Notes under the pieces: generated by a model
Told to the model about the DNA's origin: nothing
The model's input: the letters and a program-made list of their open reading frames with translations, nothing else
Databases searched by the model: none
In this document: piece after piece, positions 60,169 through 64,000 of the stretch
Numbering within the stretch: position 1 is the stretch's first letter
Layout of the letters: each line of letters opens with the position of its first letter
Source of the DNA: Candidatus Cloacimonadales bacterium
Lineage (GTDB): Bacteria > Cloacimonadota > Cloacimonadia > Cloacimonadales > DAONDQ01
Length of the DNA: 64,000 nucleotides
Direction: 5' to 3'
Assembly (NCBI GenBank): GCA_963662275.1
Contig: OY759316.1
Coordinates: 3,584,001 to 3,648,000, forward strand
Position numbers and translations under genes: made by a program

Positions 60169-61503
60169 ATGATGAGAAAATTGTTTTATTCTTATTTTAT
60201 TTTAATCTTCTTAACCGGAATCTTCTCTTTATCTGCTCAAACCTACCAGGCAACACGTCTAGTAGAACGGAATAGTGTGGAACATGGTTCCATGTGCACA
60301 GATGATATCTGGGAATCTTATACAGATTACAAACGGGAGATTGTACATTATTCCTCACTACAGGCAGATGTGATTGATTCCGTGGAAGTATTAAGTAAGC
60401 GAATCCAAACAGGTTATCCAAATAACTGGGTTCCATACCAGACCTATGATTTCCATCCTTCAGTTACTTTGTTAAATGAGGGAAGGATCGTCAATTTCAA
60501 TATCACCAGTACCCTAGGATGGTTTCCCAATTCGATCGTTGAAGTGTATGATTCAATGAACCATCTCGTTATGGTACACAGAGATTATGTTCACGATAAC
60601 ATACATACGGGAATAAGAAAGACTCTTTCCTATTTACCGGATGGCAATATCGACAATACATCAAGCTTTATATATGGCTGGGATACTGAACCAGATCAAT
60701 ATCTCAAGACAGTTCCCAATTATGATAACCAAGGCAGAAGGCTCTATGAAATACAATATACATCTCCTGATTCGATAACTTGGACTCCGGTAACCAAGAC
60801 CATCTTCACGTATACAGGAGAGACATATCCCGAGGGTTTGGTATTTCATACTTACCACCCCTTATTTTGTTTTAGTTCCTTTAATAACTGGGGTTCTGTT
60901 TTCTATAATGATGTTCCGGGTTTGCAAACTCCTTATGTAATAGATTCACTGGTCGTGCAACATTACTCCGATGGACAGTGGGCGGATAGTTTATATACTG
61001 ATTACCAGGTGAATCATTCGACAGGAAACGGATATGGATTTCAAACACGGGAGATCAATCTGACCATACCATTACCCATCGATGCTCAATACAAGCGAAT
61101 GAATTTTTATTTCCATGAAAATGGATATTATAACGGTGAATCCTATAGTATAGATGATGGACTCGCTCCACCTTGGGATCAAAGTATCAGCTATGCGTGG
61201 GAAGAGATAACTCCCAATCACGAACAAATTGCTATTCCTCAATCGGAAATCAGGATTGCTTGTTACCCGAATCCTTTTCAAATTAATCTGAATATCGTAC
61301 TTTCCAGCAAAGGAAACCAACCTACTGAGATATCAATCTATAACATCAGAGGGCAATTGGTAAGAAGTTGGCATCAAGTAAAAGGGAAAGAACTTACTTG
61401 GGATGGATTTGACAAGAATAAAAAGCATTCTCCTACTGGCATATATTTCATCAAGGCTCAACAAGGTAAAAGTGAAACCGTTAGGAAGTTCGTTAAAATG
61501 TAG
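60169..61503 (+). CDS. Secreted protein with FlgD-Ig/T9SS-like CTD
   Basis: Signal peptide; CYPNPF, IYNIRGQLV, GIYFIK. Confidence 0.82.
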   Translation: MMRKLFYSYFILIFLTGIFSLSAQTYQATRLVERNSVEHGSMCTDDIWESYTDYKREIVHYSSLQADVIDSVEVLSKRIQTGYPNNWVPYQTYDFHPSVTLLNEGRIVNFNITSTLGWFPNSIVEVYDSMNHLVMVHRDYVHDNIHTGIRKTLSYLPDGNIDNTSSFIYGWDTEPDQYLKTVPNYDNQGRRLYEIQYTSPDSITWTPVTKTIFTYTGETYPEGLVFHTYHPLFCFSSFNNWGSVFYNDVPGLQTPYVIDSLVVQHYSDGQWADSLYTDYQVNHSTGNGYGFQTREINLTIPLPIDAQYKRMNFYFHENGYYNGESYSIDDGLAPPWDQSISYAWEEITPNHEQIAIPQSEIRIACYPNPFQINLNIVLSSKGNQPTEISIYNIRGQLVRSWHQVKGKELTWDGFDKNKKHSPTGIYFIKAQQGKSETVRKFVKM

Positions 61504-61528
61504 AGACGCCCAAGTTGGGCGTCTCTAC
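61500..61528. repeat. Perfect REP GTAGAGACGCCCAAGTTGGGCGTCTCTAC overlapping stop codon
   Basis: 14-bp arms, 1-nt loop. Confidence 0.9.
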
Positions 61529-61569
61529 AATGATATGATACTACTAATCCAGGTAAACTCTTTGTGGAA

Positions 61570-61822
61570 TGATATCGGTTCAATAGCTCTTCACTTTTGA
61601 CAGCTTTGGGAAGATCAAAGCTGATAGTTGTGGAAGTATCAAGATTCCAAGCGTACTTCTCAACAAACTGTGCATGTGAAGGATTCGTGATATTATAAAT
61701 ACAAATTTCATTCCATGCAGTTTCAGGGAAGAAAAGAAGATCATCTTTAATATACAAAACCCTTACTGCTGACCTATCATAAGGTAATATACTCTGAATA
61801 ATAGCAGGATTAGCAGGATGTT
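61570..61822 (-). pseudogene. Remnant of LVIVD-repeat/CTD secreted protein
   Basis: HPANPAII..., ICIYNITNPSHAQFV, STTISFDLP fragments; no proper start. Confidence 0.55.
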
Positions 61823-62007
61823 ATATCCTGAAGCTTGTAACTTTTGGAGTCTGCACCTTCCAGAGTTATTGGGATGCAATCCCAACAATATAACAGCTTG
61901 CAAAGCTATGGTACGATGCAGATTCCGATAATACCATTATCGGTTACAACACATTACCAATGTAAGTTACAAGCATTTCGCAAAAGGCAAAAAGGGAAAA
62001 CTATAAA

Positions 62008-62895
62008 TCAAGGGGAAATCCTGACCAAGCGAAAGCCTATATCGCCGTAGCTGTAAGTCGAAGTGCTGTAGCTCCGAATGGAAACGGCGCAGTTGTTGTC
62101 ATTGCTGTACCAGCCACCGCCGCGTAGCACACGGTATGACCCGCTGACAGCGCCATGCGGGTTGGTCTGTGCACTACCCGGATAAGCACCATAAATGTCC
62201 CAATTCCACTCCCAGATGTTGCCACTCATATCATATAAGTCCAGTTCATTGGCTGTTTTCGTTCCAACTGTGTGACTCGTGCCACCAGAGTTATCACCAT
62301 ACCAAGCCACAATACCTAGCGTGTTACTGCCACTATAGGTATAACCATGAGTTGAGTTTCCACCCTTTGCAGCAAACTCCCATTCCGCTTCCGTAGGTAG
62401 ACGATAGCCATTGGCTGTCCAACTACAGGAGACATTGGTGTGATTGTTATAGTCTGTGTTCCAACCTGCAGGCCAGTCTGCAGGATTAGTCCCATAAGTA
62501 CTATAACTGTAGCAGGGAGTTATACCTTCATTCAAGCTGCGCCTGTTGCAATACTCAATGGTATTGAACCAGGAAACCTGTTCAACTGGTCCATTGGTCA
62601 CGCCAGTGAAATAGGAAGGATTCACTCCCATCACTGTCTGATAAGCAGACTGTGTCAGCTCATACTTATCCATGTAAAAGGAGGATACAGTTACATCAGA
62701 TGTGCCGTTATTGAAAGTACCGCCTGGAACAAGGATCATCTGGACAGGAGTTGTTCCCTGGCTGAAAGTGATATCCGTGATTTCATTCAGATTAAAAGTG
62801 GTTGTACCGTTTGTAGTATGCACATTCATCTGAGTCTGCGCAAAAAGAAAAGATGTAAAAAGTATAAGGCAGCTAATCAATAATATTTTGTACAT
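62008..62895 (-). CDS. Secreted formylglycine-generating-enzyme-like (SUMF1/C-lectin fold) protein, putative DGR target
   Basis: PVEQVSW, YRLPTEAEWEFAA, LYDMSGNIWEW, RVLRGGGW...IGFRLVR. Confidence 0.9.
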   Translation of the reverse strand: MYKILLISCLILFTSFLFAQTQMNVHTTNGTTTFNLNEITDITFSQGTTPVQMILVPGGTFNNGTSDVTVSSFYMDKYELTQSAYQTVMGVNPSYFTGVTNGPVEQVSWFNTIEYCNRRSLNEGITPCYSYSTYGTNPADWPAGWNTDYNNHTNVSCSWTANGYRLPTEAEWEFAAKGGNSTHGYTYSGSNTLGIVAWYGDNSGGTSHTVGTKTANELDLYDMSGNIWEWNWDIYGAYPGSAQTNPHGAVSGSYRVLRGGGWYSNDNNCAVSIRSYSTSTYSYGDIGFRLVRISP

Positions 62896-62904
62896 CGTAT
62901 GCTC

Positions 62905-63357
62905 CTATTTTAACATCAGCATTTTATTGACTTTGATTTGGTCATTGCACTTGACCTTATAAATATAAGGACCCGTGGCACATGCTTTCCCGGTTTCATT
63001 CAAGCCGTTCCAGGTCAGTTCGTGTACTCCTTTAGTCATATACTCTTTTGCCAGAACCTTTACCAATTGCCCTCTAATGTTATAAATTGCTACTTCTGTC
63101 TGATACGGTTCCGACAATTCAAACTTGATTATGGTTGAGGGATTAAACGGATTGGGGTAATTGGTTAAAAACTTAATGGGGACTTTAGACAGGAACGCAA
63201 CCCAATCATTATTGGAGACATTGCTGAAATTGATCTGCTGAATATCCTGAACCTGGAACTCCGCAGTAGTTCCATTTGTGAGATGGACATACATGACATC
63301 ACAATACAACAGAAACGGAATCAGAATTAATAAAACGAGGAATATAACTCTGAACAT
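62905..63357 (-). CDS. Small secreted protein: short N-terminal module + FlgD-Ig CTD
   Basis: Signal peptide; NYPNPFNP, IYNIRGQLV, KMLMLK; GGAGG RBS. Confidence 0.85.
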   Translation of the reverse strand: MFRVIFLVLLILIPFLLYCDVMYVHLTNGTTAEFQVQDIQQINFSNVSNNDWVAFLSKVPIKFLTNYPNPFNPSTIIKFELSEPYQTEVAIYNIRGQLVKVLAKEYMTKGVHELTWNGLNETGKACATGPYIYKVKCNDQIKVNKMLMLK

Positions 63358-63521
63358 ACAAACCTCCTTGCTGGTGATATTGGGTTATCTATCAACCAGG
63401 ATAAAACGTATTAACAAACTTGTTTTAATTACTAGTTCAATTAGTAAAAATTTAAGTTACTTAGTCAATATCTAAATTTGCAGCAGAAGGGGACAGGTTC
63501 AAGATGAATAGCAGAAATAGA

Positions 63522-64000
63522 CCCCCCTACCCCCCTTCTCAAGGGGGGATAATCATTAACGCCCCCCTTCTCAATGGGAAACTATCCTAAAAATCCTCCC
63601 TTCTCAAGGGAAAACTATCCTTAAAATCCCCCTCCTCAAGGGGAAACTATCCTTAAAATCCCCCTTCTCAAGGGGAAACTATCCTTAAAATCCCCCTTCT
63701 CAATGGGAAACTATCCTAAAAATCCTCCCTTCTCAAGGGAAAACTATCCTTAAAATCCCCCTTCTCAATGGGAAACTATCCTAAAAATCCTCCCTTCTCA
63801 AGGGAAAACTATCCTTAAAATCCCCCTTCTCAAGGGGAAACTATCCTAAAAATCCTCCCTTCTCAAGGGGAAACTATCCTTAAAATCCCCCTTCTCAAGG
63901 GGAAACTATCCTTAAAATCCTCCCTTCTCAAGGGGGAAACTATCCTTAAAATCCCCCCTTCTCAAGGGGAAACTATCCTTAAAATCCCCCTCCTCAAGGG
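63522..64000. repeat. DUF559-type palindrome followed by ~14 x 32-33-bp tandem repeat (runs off window)
   Basis: Unit CCCCCTTCTCAAGGGGAAACTATCCTTAAAAT with recurring variants; no unique spacers. Confidence 0.92.

Noticed and set aside
63562..64000. CRISPR array (palindromic ~32-bp repeats)
   Set aside because: Units are head-to-tail with no unique spacers; no cas genes in the window
1..64000. DGR template repeat, reverse transcriptase, RAYT transposase, tRNA or rRNA
   Set aside because: Looked for by eye and in the ORF track (AAC-rich copy of the VR, YxDD RT motifs, HUH Y1 motifs); none found, though a manual scan could miss short RNAs

Overview
AT-rich bacterial chromosomal window, probably Cloacimonadota or a related FCB-group lineage. 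This is inferred from the many secreted proteins ending in a 'YPNPFNP...FlgD-Ig' C-terminal domain (CTD). Housekeeping genes include lpxB, an aminotransferase, PMM/PGM, rdgB, valS, an ABC-F ATPase and an NRAMP transporter. The window also holds two-component genes, a TetR-TolC-HlyD-ABC-2 efflux operon, several large secreted CTD proteins, an IS21 and an IS1182. Intergenic DNA is crowded with several families of palindromic REP/MITE-like elements and heptamer-based tandem arrays. The four most notable observations are: (1) an FGE/C-lectin gene whose 3' end looks like a DGR variable region, with no TR or RT in the window, sitting directly behind a small CTD-only gene that shares its N-terminal module; (2) a lipoprotein with an apparently circularly permuted CTD; (3) a triplicated DUF559 endonuclease embedded in C-rich palindromes that recur across the window, one of them seen inserted inside another MITE; (4) heptamer arrays that start at GCAGAA motifs, often right after stop codons. 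No CRISPR array, rRNA or tRNA was recognised.
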